Assembly: GCF_009914755.1 (NCBI RefSeq) | Contig: NC_060942.1 | Strand: one strand, 5' to 3' | Length of the DNA: 64,000 nt | DNA from: the human T2T-CHM13v2.0 reference genome, Homo sapiens | Shown: one piece after another, positions 41,701 through 62,235 of the stretch | Layout of the letters: every line of letters begins with the position of its first letter | Numbering within the stretch: position 1 is the first letter of the stretch | Program-made: the position numbers and the translations under genes | Notes under the pieces: generated by a model | The model's database searches: none | What the model was told of the DNA's origin: nothing | The model's input: only the letters and a program-made list of their open reading frames with translations

Positions 41701-42809
41701 CCATTTCTATGTGTTTTAAAACCATACTGTACATGGTTTAATTGACCACTTACATTTTCTCCTATGTTAACAACACTTTTAGAAAGGTAAGAGAAGGAGA
41801 GAATGATGATGGCTGGATACATTGGTCACTTCTTGTTAGTGGTTTAGGGTAAGAAATGTGGTTGTACTGAATTATAAGTATCACATAAGAGTCAATCATT
41901 TATTCATTTAAGTCTACTAAGTGCCAGGTTTTATGCTAAGCCTTAATGATGGTGTTTCTGCTCTATGCAATCTGTAATCTGGCAGTGGAGGCATTCATGT
42001 AACCAATAATTCTACAATTATTAACTGGAAGGAACACTTTGAATGAAACATTCAGGGTGTGTTGAGAATGTATTATAGGAGCACTTAACCTAGTTCTGAG
42101 GATATTAGAGAGTTTTGATAGATGTGTGCAAGGAAAGGAAATGGCATTTAGCACGTTGGTGGTAAAAACAGTGAACCATGCTCAGAAGGAACTTGCTGTA
42201 TTTGGAGGCATTAAGTGGCCCACCCAGAAATGAAATTGCAACCATTGAAGGTTTGTTATTTTTTAAGAAATAATTTCTTTTGCTTCTAAAGCTTTGTGAA
42301 TTTACAAAAGAAGTCCATGTTTACAGACAGTGTTCATTCATACTAAGAATGCAAAAGAAGGGAGCATCTGTGCCACCACGAATGGTAGCCATAACGTCAG
42401 TGTTTGTCAGCAAATATACACGGACCATTATTCAAAACAAGTTCCTCTAAACTTGAATGATTGCCTCAGAGATCCTGCAGTCATTACCCACGATCTCACA
42501 TTATGTACTTGGGTCATTGGTATGACCATTGGGCACTGGAATGATACAGAGGTTTCTCTGCAGTGTGTTTATTTTTTCCCCAGGGTAGCTTCTATGAAAA
42601 GGAAAATTTCAGCTTACTTTTTGAGGGTAGAGATCGTGGTTTATGTTTTCTGGCATTCTCAGCTCCTCAGCACGCTATCTGTACAGAACAAGCACTTGAT
42701 GCATGTCAACCGATCCGTTAGTGTGCTGTAATGGCTTTGAAAAAGGGTGCCCTTTAATTGATTGCTTCATTCTTAGGACCATACTTGGTGTTTCTTTGGT
42801 TTTCCCATT

Positions 42810-47242
<4,433 letters not shown>

Positions 47243-47787
47243 GGTTTTGCCATTGTATCTTAAAAAATTCATCTGTGGTATGCAAGTTCAGGAGACGATG
47301 TCAAAGGAAGAGACTGTTCCAGGTGTGTGAAGCCCAGTGAAGTGTCGATAAAGTCTGAACAGTAACCTGGCTTCCAGTGGATTGATCATCTGTCAGAAGA
47401 ATTACCTAAAATCTCTAAGTTTTAACTAGAAGGAGGAGTTCATTAATGGATAGATCTTATCCCATCTCTCTGCAGTAGGTCTGTAGCAAATATGGCAGGT
47501 GAAGATTTGAAGGAAGAGTGATGTAGAGGCATTGCCAGGAGTGTGAGAAATCTAAATGTATATTTATTTTCCCCTGAATGGGAGAAGAAGAGACAACTGC
47601 TAATCCTTTCCATTTTATGATGAGTTAAAATTTTTCTCAAACACTGTCTGAAATCTCTCCTTGGATTTTTATCACAACCTTCTGAAGTGGTTCCCTCTTC
47701 TATGTTTACTATTGTGCCTAAACAGAAAAAGTATATATTCATAATTTATAAAGAGATATATCATTAATAGAAGAAACAAAGTTCTTA

Positions 47788-48181
<394 letters not shown>

Positions 48182-49071
48182 TTATATTACAACTACGTTT
48201 ATCAACACTCTATATTACCTTTTAGCCTTAGAGTATCACCATGAACATAGGACCTTTCATAGGTTTAATATATTCCAATTAACTGCAATGTAGCTATTAC
48301 ATATTTGAAGCTCAGTTTGTCACAGTCTGGCTTTGTGTGAGCCCTTGAAAGCCTCTATTGTGTTGACATTCTTGAAAGCATCATTGCTTTCTGACAACAA
48401 CAGAATGTTCTGGATTCTATTGATTTTTTTTTCCTACCCTAGATGTAGACACAATCTTCTTCCAAGGAAACAAGAGTTCTTACTCCTGAAGTGAGTTGTT
48501 GGCAAGGAGTGGGGTTTATGACTTTACCCATTTATCTGAAGAGTGAATAAGGCACAGGAATCTATATTCTTTGCCTAAGGGCACATATTTTATTACCAAT
48601 AAAACTGAGACTAGCATAGAACTCTAGGCTAAACTCCAGACAAGGCTTATGTGATCACCTTATTAATTAAAATGGCTCCCTCTGACATCACACACTCCTG
48701 CCTCCCCCTGCTTAATTTTTTCTTATAGTACTTATCACTTTTTAACATAGTATTATTAATTAGTTCTGACTCCTACTAGAATGTAAGCAACATGAGGGCA
48801 GGGAATTTTTGTCTGTTTCATCTACCAGTAAAACTGAAGCATCTGGAACAGTGTCCTGGACATCGCGAGTCCTCAGTCAATATTTGTTGAGTGAATGCAC
48901 ATGAGCTATAACAGAACTTTTCTGTAGCTAGACTCAGCTGGTCTTGTCCATATGATCACTCAGTAGCCATCCTGAAGTTTGACTTACCTTCTATTATGCC
49001 ATTAGATTGGCATTATACATTATATATGGAGTACTTATTTGGGGAAACGAATTGCTGGAATGTTGAATATC

Positions 49072-49361
49072 TTTTTTATTTGAGACAGTCTCACTCTGTC
49101 ACCCACGTTGGAGGGCAGTGGCACAGTCTTGGCTCACTGCAGCCTCCTTCTCCGAGGTTCAAGTGATTTTCGTGCTTCAGCCTTCCGAGTAGCTGGAATT
49201 ATAGGCATGTGCCACCACACCTGGCTAATTTTTATATTTTAGGTGGAGACAGGGTTTTGCCTTGTTGCTCAGGCTGGTCTTGAACTCCTGTGCTCAAGCG
49301 ATCTGACCACCTCGGCCTCCCAAAGTGCTGGGATTACAGGCATGAGCCACAGTGCCAGGCC
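49072..49361 (-). mobile_element. Alu (old, J/S-type)
   Basis: Alu consensus; TSD tgaatatcttt. Confidence 0.93.
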
Positions 49362-49835
49362 TGAATATCTTTATTATTATGTCCAATGGAATCTTAAAAA
49401 ATGGGAGTGTTGGGAAGCTAGCAATTTGATGTTATTTCTCAAAATAATTATATCACCAACTCAAGTGGCAGAGCTAGACAGTCATTTAATCCAGTCATAA
49501 TTGTATACAGTTGAGGAAACTGACCTAGGACGGTTAAGGAACTAGCCTAAAGTCATATTGCTATGTAGAGTAGAGCTGAATGAATAGAACATTTTCATTT
49601 TTTTTAACTTCACAAGGTTAGGGGTCCTTCCCAGCATTCTCTGATGCCTGTATTAGAAGCCCACACCCACCCAATGCCTGCCGGGTTAGGGTTCTCCTGA
49701 GAGCAAGGGTGTTTCGGGAATAGGTAATGGCGGGGGTGGGAGCAGCAGGAATTTGTATTGAGCCTCTCCTGCAAAGGAATTTAAATGTATGGCATTGATT
49801 TTGAGGTGATAAAATATTTAAAGTTCTTATTTAAG

Positions 49836-50285
<450 letters not shown>

Positions 50286-51439
50286 TATTTAAATTTTATC
50301 TATGGGACCAGTAATGTGATTTTCCCATCTTGTTTTCAGGATACCATAAAACATGTTTTTTTTCCTGTTCAATTTTCCTTGTATATTTGTTAGCTGGAAT
50401 GAATCATACATTGTAAAATCTTTGAGGCAAGGGTCCGTGTCTTCTAAATTTACTAACTCTTCCCAGTGTCTGTTATCTACTACCTTCTCATACATCTCTG
50501 ATATCCAGTGGTCATATGAAAGTTGAACAATAGATAAGAAACATTTGCATAATGAGAATATTGATCAGTCCTGTTAGTAGTAGACATTTCAAAGGAAGTA
50601 ATTAGAAAGAATTGCCCAACATTGCCTTATCAGCCTTTTCCACCTGAATGGTTATAAAGATAGACTAACATAGAGATGGGGGAAATTTCTTATTGGAACT
50701 TAGTAGCATTGCTTTTTCTCCTTTACCAGTATGGTATAAAGAAGAATCTACTTGGCTCAGTTTTTCTGAGAAAAACAATATTCTTTTGTGATTGGATATA
50801 TTCCAGGAAAATAAACTCAAATCATATAATGAAGAGTTATATCTTATATATTCAGTTTCTCCCTTTGACAGATATTGCAATCAGCAGCTCTTTGTACTTG
50901 CCAAATTTATTATTAGTTATGTCTAGCCCTTGTGATGGAGATAAACATTTCAAATAATAAAAGTTGTAGCATACCCTAGTGAGAAATAAGAGCTAGAAAA
51001 GTTATCAATATGTTTTCATTTTAGTTTGTGGTAAAAAATAGACCTACCAAATGTAAAATGGTAGAATACAACAGAACTTTATTGCTTGTATATGCAAGAG
51101 TTTGAAAAGGGTGTTTTTCCCTGGTCTGGTGGGTTTCCTTTACAGTGACCTGGGGACTCAGGCCCCTTCCGTCTAATGGATCTGCCCTTCCCACCAGGGC
51201 ATCACTGCATTCACCTGCTGAAAGTGTGAGGGGGAATAGTGGGGGATTACCTTCTTTTTTTAAAAGTCTGAGCCTGGAAATAGCACACAGCATTACTGCT
51301 CATAGTCTGTTGATTAAAACTCAGCCACATGGCAAAACCTGACTGTAAGGGATGGTGGGAAATATAGAGTAGCCATGTGCCCAGGGAAAAGATGTCATGG
51401 ATGTTTTTCATGATTTTCCTTCCTCCTTTCCCTTTTCTT

Positions 51440-52330
51440 TCAATTTTTATTTTGAGATAATTTTAGACTTTAGACTTTAGAGTTGCAGAGATATTCCCTG
51501 AATAACTTTCTTTCAGCTTATCCTTATGTTAACATCCACATAATGATAAAAGAATTTTCAAAACCTGGCACAATACTATAAACTATAAACCTTACTCAGA
51601 TTTCACTAGTTTTTCCTGTAATGTCATTTTTATGTTCCAGGATCCAATTCATTTAATTGTCACATTTCCTTAGTCTCCTCCAATCTGTAATAGTTCTTGT
51701 CTTTCTGTTTTTTATAATCCTGTCACTTTTGAAGAGTCAGTAATTACTGTTCAGTAGTTTGGTAAAATGTCACTCAATTTGTTTTTTTTTTATGTTTTCT
51801 CATGATTAGATTGAAATTAAGCATTCTAGGGAAGGCTACCATAGACTGGAGGGGATCTGCCCTTCTCAGTGCACCAAATTGTGGGTATGTGATGTCGATG
51901 TGTATTATAGGTGATGTTAACCTTGATGACTTGGCTAAGGTGGTGTCTACCAGAATCCTCCACTATAAAATCACTATTTTCCAGACAGGTGCAGTGGCTC
52001 ACTAGAAGTGCCAGGCATGGTGACACTAAAGTGCCTGGAATCCCAGCACTTTGGGAGGCCGAGGTGAGAAGATCACTTGAGCCCAGGAGTTCAAGACCAG
52101 CCCAGGCAACATGGCAAGACCCTATTTCTACAAAAAAATTTTTAAAATAAAATAAAATTACTATTTTCCCTTGGCAATTATCAGATATTTTGGAGAGATA
52201 ATTTAAGAATATGCAAGTATTGTTTACAGTTTACCTTTCAATTAGTAATTTTAGTACCCATCAAGGGATCTTGCCGCAGCAATTTTTACTGTGACATTCT
52301 AATGATAATTTTCTGTTTCCTTCATTAAAA
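51440..52330 (-). mobile_element. L1MC-like fragment with nested Alu monomer (~51985-52158, +)
   Basis: L1MC4-like motifs; FLAM/AluJ left monomer inside. Confidence 0.65.
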
Positions 52331-53976
52331 AATAAAATTTTGGTGGCTATCTGATGGTTACATAGATATTAAGGATCCTTGCCCTCCTCTCCATGCCCCC
52401 CATTTTGGAGATTAAAGGGACTGTGGTTTAAATGATGTTAAGCCATCATTTAAAGATGACAAAAGGGTTAAAGGATAAGGGACACTGCCACAGCTCTGTA
52501 GTGCTTAGATGTGGTCCAAATGGGAAGCTTCCTGGAATGGCAGTAAGAAAGCCGGGGTTTCAGTTACAACTCTCTTATTAGCTGAATGTAAGGAGCTGTT
52601 TTTACTCTAATTTTCTAATTTGTAAAATAAGAGTAATTCTATACATTGTCCAAAGTAATGTGTAAGGATGCAGTACTTTGAATTACTAGGAAGGGTAATA
52701 TCTGTTTTATGAATTTGGAGTGTCCTTATTATACCAATTAAAATATAGGTATTATCGAAGTGGAGCAAGCCTACTTGTGCTTATTTAAAAGGAACAAGAC
52801 TAACATTTGTTGTACATTTACTATATGCAGGCCCAAGCTTTGAATCCATTAACTAATTTAATCCTCTCAGACTTTTATGAGAGCAATGTTATTAGCCCCA
52901 TCATATAGATGAATAACTTGAGGCCCAGAGAGGCTAAATAACATGCCCCAGGCCACACAGTCGATAAATGGTGGGGTTAGGAATTGAACCATGGTGGTCC
53001 AGCTCCAGAGTTTGGACTCTTCACCACTTCACTATGTACTTGTGCCCTGGTTGCAGAACGGATGTTCATCTAGTACATGCTAGCGTGGCCATATCAGCTA
53101 ACTGCTTCTGTTCTGAAGTATTTAAGTTCTTGAATATTTAAGTAAATATTTTGTTAAAAATTTATATTTAACAAGGTTGTTAAATAGGTTGTTAAATATT
53201 TTGGGCATAAGCCTGGGTACTGGTAAATAAAAATATTTGTATGTCCTAGTTATGTTTGAACTGAGCATGTATTCCATTTGAAATAAGTGAACTTCAGGAA
53301 ATATTTTTGGTGTTTATGATTGGAAGAACAATAATTTAAACATTGAAGTGAAAACAGAAGTATTGGACATGTATTTGTTAATTGTTCTTCCCAATTTTGA
53401 GGCATTAGTCCACGTTTGTCCATGGCCACAGCATATAAGTAGTATGGCTCTTGTTTAAAGGTAATTATTAGGTGGGTGATTGGATATGTTACAAGGAAAT
53501 CTAAGTAGGGTCACCAGTTTTCTATTCTTTCTATACATCTGGCACTTGCTTGGTGATTTGGCTCCTATTGTAGAATCTGGTTCAGTTTACAATTCTGCCT
53601 ATTTTCTTAGCAGCCTGCCAAGCATTTCTGAGTGGTCTAGAGAACTCACTGCATTTCTCTGGTTTATGTGAAGAACTGGTGTCCCCTTTATTGGTGGTGG
53701 TGCAAGAGTCCTCTGCACTACACCATAGAATTAACTTCATGTGCATTAAAATGATTTAAAAAATATTCCTGCTTTCAGCTGTATGGCTTCAATTCACCAT
53801 GAACCATTTACATGTATGTCAAAGGCATGACGTTCTCCTGCAGCAAATAGAAATTGTAGGGAAAGCTCTGGCTGACAGTGGGAGAGCTGGGCTTTCGTTT
53901 TGGCTCTGCCAGTGACTTACTCTGTTACCTTGGGGAAAATCCTTAGCCTCTTTGGGCTCCTTATCTGCAAAGATCA

Positions 53977-54272
<296 letters not shown>

Positions 54273-55827
54273 GATCAAAATGACCTTATCCAGCTGCAGC
54301 TTTCTCTGATTCAGTGCTTCAGTGAGTTTTAGTGTAGTTTAGTTAATGATTTGTTTGTCTTGCCATTTAAATGAATGCTAAGCACAGCCCCCAGATAATG
54401 CTTATGACACAAGGCTGCATTTTCACATTTCCAAGAAATAACAGTAAATGGTGAAGTTGTGTAAAACTTGTTTTGAAGATTCACATAGTACTATTGTCAG
54501 ATAAGACCAAAGAAAAGTGGTCACACTATATTTCATGGAGTCAAAAAGACCACTCACTTTAAAACATATCTCATTTTCAGAGATATTAAAATGTGGAGAA
54601 ATATGTATTTTAGATTTGATCAAATATGATATGAAAGCCCCAAGGTCATCTCTCCATCACTTGATCATAGATTAACCTGCAGCCTTTCTTGGAGCCTAGG
54701 CTGCCTGATACAGATAGGGTCTACATTCTTACCACATGGTCTGTCATAGAGCTGCTTAGAGGCAAGTCAGAAATTTGGACTAGAATGTAATTGACTAAGT
54801 GTGCCCACCTAGTGTGGCCATGTTGGGATGTGAAGCCTCAGCTCACAGTTGCAATTTCAGTGAAGACTTGCCTTCTTTCTCGATACAATCAGTCTTCTGT
54901 ATACTCACAGGACTTTGTATATATTTCTACATAACACTTAGCACATTTTGTTGTAGTTATTTGCTTTCTTTTCTGCTTCTTCTCCTAAATTATGAGCTAC
55001 TCAAAATTCTCTTAATGTTGTACAGGAGTGGTGTACAGCCTGCAATATAGTAGGCACACATCATGTTTATTGAAGGAGTAAAGGTCCAAAGGTATGAAGG
55101 AAAGAAGGGTGGCTGACTGTTTTGTGGATTATAGTAGGGGTTTTTAGATTACTCAGCCACCATTCATCACCAGGAAAAAAGATGCAAAATGAATTTTATG
55201 TAAAGATTAACTTTTAGGTAACAGGATTATTTCATAAACTATTAGGAAAACTACATTATTAAGAAATAAGACTGATTTGAGTAAAAAAGAAAGAGTTTAC
55301 TAGGCTAAGCCCCCACCATCAGATGCCAAAAAGAACCAATGTCATGGAAGAATATTATGACAAAAGGTGCTTTGCTCCAACACTAAACTGGCTCTGTCTG
55401 TGATTTGGGGCAGTTACCACACCTCCCTATACCTCAGCTTCCTCTTCTGTAAAATGGGAATAATAATAGCACCTGATAATCACTGTAGGAATGATATCAC
55501 ATAATGTTTGTAAAACACTCAGGACAGTACTTAGCACATAGAGAAGGAGATAAGTGTGAGTTATTATTGTTACTATCTCTATATGTGTCATCAGTGGGCA
55601 AAGAGTTGGGGACCAAAGGATGTGTTTTATTGGTCTTTCATTTGGCAATTCTTTCAAGGATTTTTTTTTAACCCAAGATTATGATTGAATAGATAATTTA
55701 CTTATTTCATGTCCTTCACTTTCAGCTCTATACAAGTATGCCCTTACTTAAGAATCCTCATTCTTCTCCTCTGGGATCTCCCAGTTTGCTAGAGCTATCT
55801 TTTCCTCTCCCCTCCTTTCTTTTTCAG

Positions 55828-55935
55828 TGAATTGATTGTTCCTCTTTGCCAATGGACAGCTCAGCATTTGAAATGCATGAAGATGCAACACAGAATAGTT
55901 TGTCTATGGGGACGATAAACACTATCTCTAGAATG
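55828..55935 (+). pseudogene. CUPIN1P: Cupin pseudogene, first coding exon (ATG 55852; MDSSAFEMHEDATQNSLSMGTINTISRM)
   Basis: Polypyrimidine acceptor TTTTCAG|55828, CCAATGG start context, donor ATG|GTAAGG, phase 0. Symbol from recall of the locus. Confidence 0.7.
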
Positions 55936-56117
55936 GTAAGGTGGGGATTTATATCTTGTGATTTGTTCCCTCCAAGACCTTACACAGAGCTCAGGCAAGA
56001 ACCCCTCTTTAGATCAGTTCTTCTTAAGTGACCCTCTTCAGAAAGATAGCGTCTCCTCTTATGAACATTTCTTGATTTGCCCCCTCTCATAAACTCTAAA
56101 CTCACACCCATTTAGCT

Positions 56118-57320
<1,203 letters not shown>

Positions 57321-57682
57321 TTAATACAATAACAAATATTGTTTTGTGAAACTTTTGTTTCAGTAGTGTGTGTGTATTTACGTGTGTGTGTGTTTGTGCA
57401 TGTATATCTGTACATGTACTGGATCACAGGGGGAAATGTATTTCTTGATGTGAATGTAGTTAAAAAAAAAAAAAGTTTGAGAAACACTGATCAAGGAAGT
57501 GTTTAATCACTTAATCCAGTGATTAAGGAAGAAATACTAATGTCTAGCAAAGCATTACTCTTAGATATATAAAGTTATATGCTATCATTTTCTTTTAAAA
57601 ATGTAAATGTGACCTTACAGTTGTGTGTAAATGTAAACTTTCCTTTGAGAATGCTGGATCATGAGTATTACATTTTAATGAT

Positions 57683-57810
57683 CTGGTTTGGTGTTGTGCA
57701 CTTGTATAGTCCCAGCTACTTGGGAGGCTGAGGCAGGAGGATCTCTTGAGGCAGGAGTTAGAGGCCAGCCTAGGCAACACAGCAACACTCGATTTCTAAA
57801 ACAAAAAAGA
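57683..57810 (+). mobile_element. Alu monomer fragment
   Basis: tagtcccagctacttgggaggctgaggcaggaggatc. Confidence 0.75.
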
Positions 57811-58325
57811 GAATTTAATGATCCTGAAATGATATGCAGTGATAGTACTTTGATTTAGTGGAATAACAGAGGAATCAGGAGAAATTCTTTCTACACCTAT
57901 AATTACAGATAATAGTGTGGCTTTCCACAAGTCATTGCTCCACCCTGGGCTTCAATTTCCTCATCAGGAAGATGAGACATAGAAGCTAAGCTGGAATCTT
58001 TAGTATTCTTTACAATGCAGCATTTCGGTGTTTATATCTTGAGGCTAGTTCCCCTTAAGACCCTTAACACAGAGCTCAGGAAAAACTCTTTAAGCCAGCT
58101 ATCATCTTAAGAAATGTAGTACCCCCTGCTCTGATCATGTCCTGATTTAACGTGAAATAATTAAAAGATACATTTTAAGTATACTTTAAAAAATAGCTCT
58201 TTTCATCATGTTTGTCAGTGAATTTTAGTTGAAGTTAGTTTAAAGAAAAATTTAAGAACCGAGAAAGGAGGCAATATTTCTAATGTGTCTTAAGTAGAGA
58301 ATAATGGCTTTCTAATTTTCCCTAG

Positions 58326-58551
58326 GCAAAGAACAGGCTGTGGTCACGGGTGAACATTTTCCTGGTGTGTCTCTTGGCCTGCATCATTACCACAGCAGTA
58401 GGAGTGCTCATGCTCTCCTTGGTCTATATTAGCAACTCATGCAGACATTCATTTCAAACCTGAAGCCTGGCCTCTGCAAACAATGACTCCCATAGTATCA
58501 AAAGCTATTGATCCAGAATTTCAGTTTCTTAATCACTTACCTAAATCTAAA
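58326..58551 (+). pseudogene. CUPIN1P: Cupin pseudogene exon with CLLAC-motif transmembrane segment; frameshifted
   Basis: CCTAG|AKNRLWSRVNIFLVCLLACIITTAVGVLMLSLVYISN; 226 nt (3n+1); the other frame ends AIDPEFQFLNHLPKSK|GTATGA. Confidence 0.85.
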
Positions 58552-59040
58552 GTATGAATTACACACATTAGGAAAAATAATTATTCTTAATGGCAACTTT
58601 AAAACCACCTTCTCATTGTATGTTTACTAAGCTTTATTCTCTATTGGAAGGGATGAACTGTGAGCCAGGATGAAGGAAGGTGAGAGATAGAGAAGAGGGG
58701 AGAGTTGCGTTGTTGACCTCAGACAGAAATGTTCTTCAGTAGACAGTTCCATGTCTGACTAGAGTAGAGAATTGCACGTGGACAAATGGAAATTCCTCTA
58801 TTCTCTTGCCACCCTAGGTGTCTCTTTAAATGTCTAACAGGGTCTAGACTGATAGCACTGCGTGTGTTACTATTGCCATTCCTGGACTCGTACAGACCTA
58901 TTCCTCCTCTTCCTTTCTGGGATTCCAAAACTCACCTCACCACCATTGCCTTTTCCCTTTTGCCTCCTTCTTACTCTATAGGCCCCATGCTCTTAGGAGG
59001 TGGCCTCCATGCTTATGGTGGCTTGTTTATGGTTTTCCGG

Positions 59041-59247
59041 GTGTTTGACTTCCTTGATGGTACAATCCAGTGGGCCCGGTACAGGAACAATGTCAAAGAC
59101 TATCTCAGCAATGAAGAAGAGGCCTTTGGCACCAGCTTGAACAGTCAGAGATCACAAATGACTCTGGGGACACTTAGGATAAAAAGCAATGGCCTCCAGG
59201 CCCTTCACTGGCACTTCAACGCCAGTGAACATGACTGTCTTGCTCAG
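59041..59247 (+). pseudogene. CUPIN1P: Cupin pseudogene exon carrying cupin motif 1 (HWHFNASE)
   Basis: 69 open codons VFDFLDGTIQW...GLQALHWHFNASEHDCLAQ|GTATAA; the expected phase-0 acceptor reads TTTTCCGG rather than AG. Confidence 0.85.
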
Positions 59248-61341
59248 GTATAACTAGTTTGCCCACACTCTCCTCTTAAGAATCTATGTTTTTTGTCCTG
59301 AGAGTAGTATTTTAGTTGTTACAAAATCTGCTTAACTAAGAGATAGACAAACATTCAGGCTTTGGCTATATATTCAACTAGATTAGTTAGCAGTGCCTAT
59401 AAGCATTAGTCTGTTTGTTTAAATTATTTTTGGCATCACTTTGAACTCTTTTCTTCAGTATGAAATCATTTTTCACACACTATTGTTAAAATAAGATCAC
59501 TGTTTGGTCCTCTGAGCCAAAGCTAAAACCGGCAGCTCTGATCTAATGATCAAAGAAACAGCAGCTTTTCTCTAAAGAATATAACAGCAACCAGAATAAC
59601 AAAGTAGTTTGCTGTGTTCAGTCAGTCTGGAGTCTCTAAGATCAGGCCAATTGGATGCCCTTTTGTGGTTCAGACTTTTCAGAATGTTCTTGAAGTCTAG
59701 TGAAATAGAGATAGCTGGAGGTAAAATGAGTGTCCTTACTTGAATTTCAAATAATTCATTAATTCCCTAAAGTATTTATTGGCTTCCTTCTGCATTCCAG
59801 ACACTGGGGAAGCAGTAGTGACTAAGCCCTCACAGAACTTTCAGAGTTTAGTCTTTCCCTGGTGATCTAGTTAAAGACGCATAGCCAATTTTACGTGATG
59901 TTTTTGTTGTAGTTAATAAAGCCTTCTTTTTTATTCTTGGACAATGCGTTCAATTTTAGAATTTACAACAGAGAGAGAGATTAGAGTTTCCTTTATATGA
60001 GACCAAACTATTCTTTTTTTTCTTATAAGAGAACAGGAAGTCAGAGAGATTAGTTGGGTTTTCTAAAGATAAACCGTAGTCACTGGATTCACTGGGACAA
60101 AGCTCATGTTTTCTGACTTCTTGTCTTTTTCCACATAGACAAAATATGTGAAAGAGGGTAATCTCTAAAACATTCATTTTCATGGTCTTGACTGAGCAGT
60201 GGCAGAGCAATAGGAAAAAGAAAAGGCAGCTCAGTGGACTTTCCTGGGGGGAGACCCCTAAAAAGAAACTGCAAGCTAGGGAAATTCACCTGGAGCCTTC
60301 TCTAGTTGAAAATAGGCCCTGGGACCTAGCTCAGCCTGAGAAGGTTGTTCACACAATCCTGAGAGTTCATAATGTGAGCTATATGGAGTTGAATATTCTC
60401 TAGATACCCAGAAAATTGTGGGATTACTGTTTCTCACAATCAGGGTAAGAAACCAAGCAACAGGATGTGAAGAAGTCCATCTATTCCAGTCGTCCAGGGA
60501 TATTGCTTCTGCTTCTGAGTGTCTTCGTGGAAGCTTTGGAAGGGACCCTGAGAGTACGGTGGGCAAGCTGACTGGTGTGCCTGGCTTCACCACAAAGATC
60601 ACATTGACTCCCATGCTATCTCTGCTTTGTATCTGGAGTAATTGGTGCCCTGATATGAATAGGTACACATTGCTGCTGCTCCCTGCTTGTGGATGAAGAG
60701 AGAGCTCTTTAGAGGGCCACCTTTCCCCTGTATATTTAATACCCATCTGGATTCGAGTTATACATGTCTATGTAGACAGAACGAAAACTTCTTTTTCATC
60801 CGCCCCTGTGGCTGCTCCACTATGTGACCATGAGTCTCTGGTAAAACAGAAATAATGGTATCTTCTCTGCCTACCTCACGGGGTAATACTGAGGAACAGA
60901 TTAGAGAATGAGAAAGTATAGAATTTTATAGAAGCAGAATCAAAATATGGGTTAGTATGAATAAAAAGTATAGACTTTGGAGCCAGACTGCTTAAGTCCA
61001 AATCTTGGCTTTTCCATTGATTAGCTGAGTAATCTTGGGAAAATATGTTCTCTCCATAGTTTTCTTTTTTGTAAAATAGGGATAATAATATTACCATGCT
61101 TCATAGGATTGATGTAAGGAATAATCAAGCTGAATCAAGTAAAGTGATCACATGAATACCTGACATATATTAAAGGCACTACATGTTAGCTGTTATTGTT
61201 AAAATTGTATGCACACTTTTTCTTGTCTGGAAAGCACACACATATCTGTATGTATACATACACACAAACGCATACACTTGTACCTGTACAACCAACTAAG
61301 AACATGCACACATCCTCCCCAAGTGGCTTCAGTCTTTTTAA

Positions 61342-61628
<287 letters not shown>

Positions 61629-61917
61629 TAAAACATGCAGTCTTAATAGGAGGTGATATTGCCCCCAAGGGGGCAACAACTTTTGAGGGAGACAAAAGTC
61701 TTACCCTTTTTATGTATAAAGAATAGATATGCATAGAGTATATAAACAATGGATTTATACGGTATACTGATCTACAGTATATGTACAGTATTAAAATTGC
61801 ATAGGGTGGTAATAGAAAAAAAGTCTAAAAGCATACCTTAAAGGGAAAGTAATGAAAAGATGTTGAGAAACATTGCTCCAAAGTGATGTTGGTTATGTTT
61901 TTCTGCTTATATTTTAG

Positions 61918-62139
61918 GGAACAGCATAGATTGGGGTGGTTGATGATGATGGTGAAGTAGTTACACGCACAGTGTTATAGCTGGCCAAGTAATCTTCTTC
62001 CCTAAAAATATACTATACTGGATAAAGAATGTGGGGAATGAAGATTGTTTTTTCTTGCTCTTCTTTTCCACACATGATGAACTTCAGACTTTGAATGTTG
62101 ATGATGTATTTTTTTCTGTAACTGAGACATTGCTTCCAG
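61918..62139 (+). pseudogene. CUPIN1P: Cupin pseudogene exon carrying cupin motif 2; nonsense and frameshift lesions
   Basis: TTTTAG|GTA*IGVVDDDGEVV/THSVIAGQVIFFPKNILYWIKNVGNEDCFFLLFFSTHDELQTLNVDDVFF; donor CAG|GTAACT. Confidence 0.87.
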
Positions 62140-62153
62140 GTAACTTAAAGTAG

Positions 62154-62235
62154 GTACCATATCTGAAAACACGTATCGCCCTGAAGGTATGTATTATGTA
62201 CCATATCTGAAAACACATATCACCCTGAAGTTATG
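62154..62235. repeat. Tandem duplication, period 44 bp
   Basis: gtaccatatctgaaaacac(g/a)tatc(g/a)ccctgaag(g/t)tatg at 62154 and 62198. Confidence 0.9.

Noticed and set aside
58786-59040. N-terminal half of the 155-aa ORF, and AG acceptors at 58981 and 58996
   Set aside because: Pyrimidine-rich intronic sequence. Those acceptors are phase 1 and do not fit the phase-0 upstream donor; only 59041-59247 is cupin-like.
60182-60746. Cluster of 70-156 aa ORFs in the cupin intron
   Set aside because: Motif 1 splices directly from 59247 to 61918 with correct spacing, leaving no room for an exon; no domain is recognisable.
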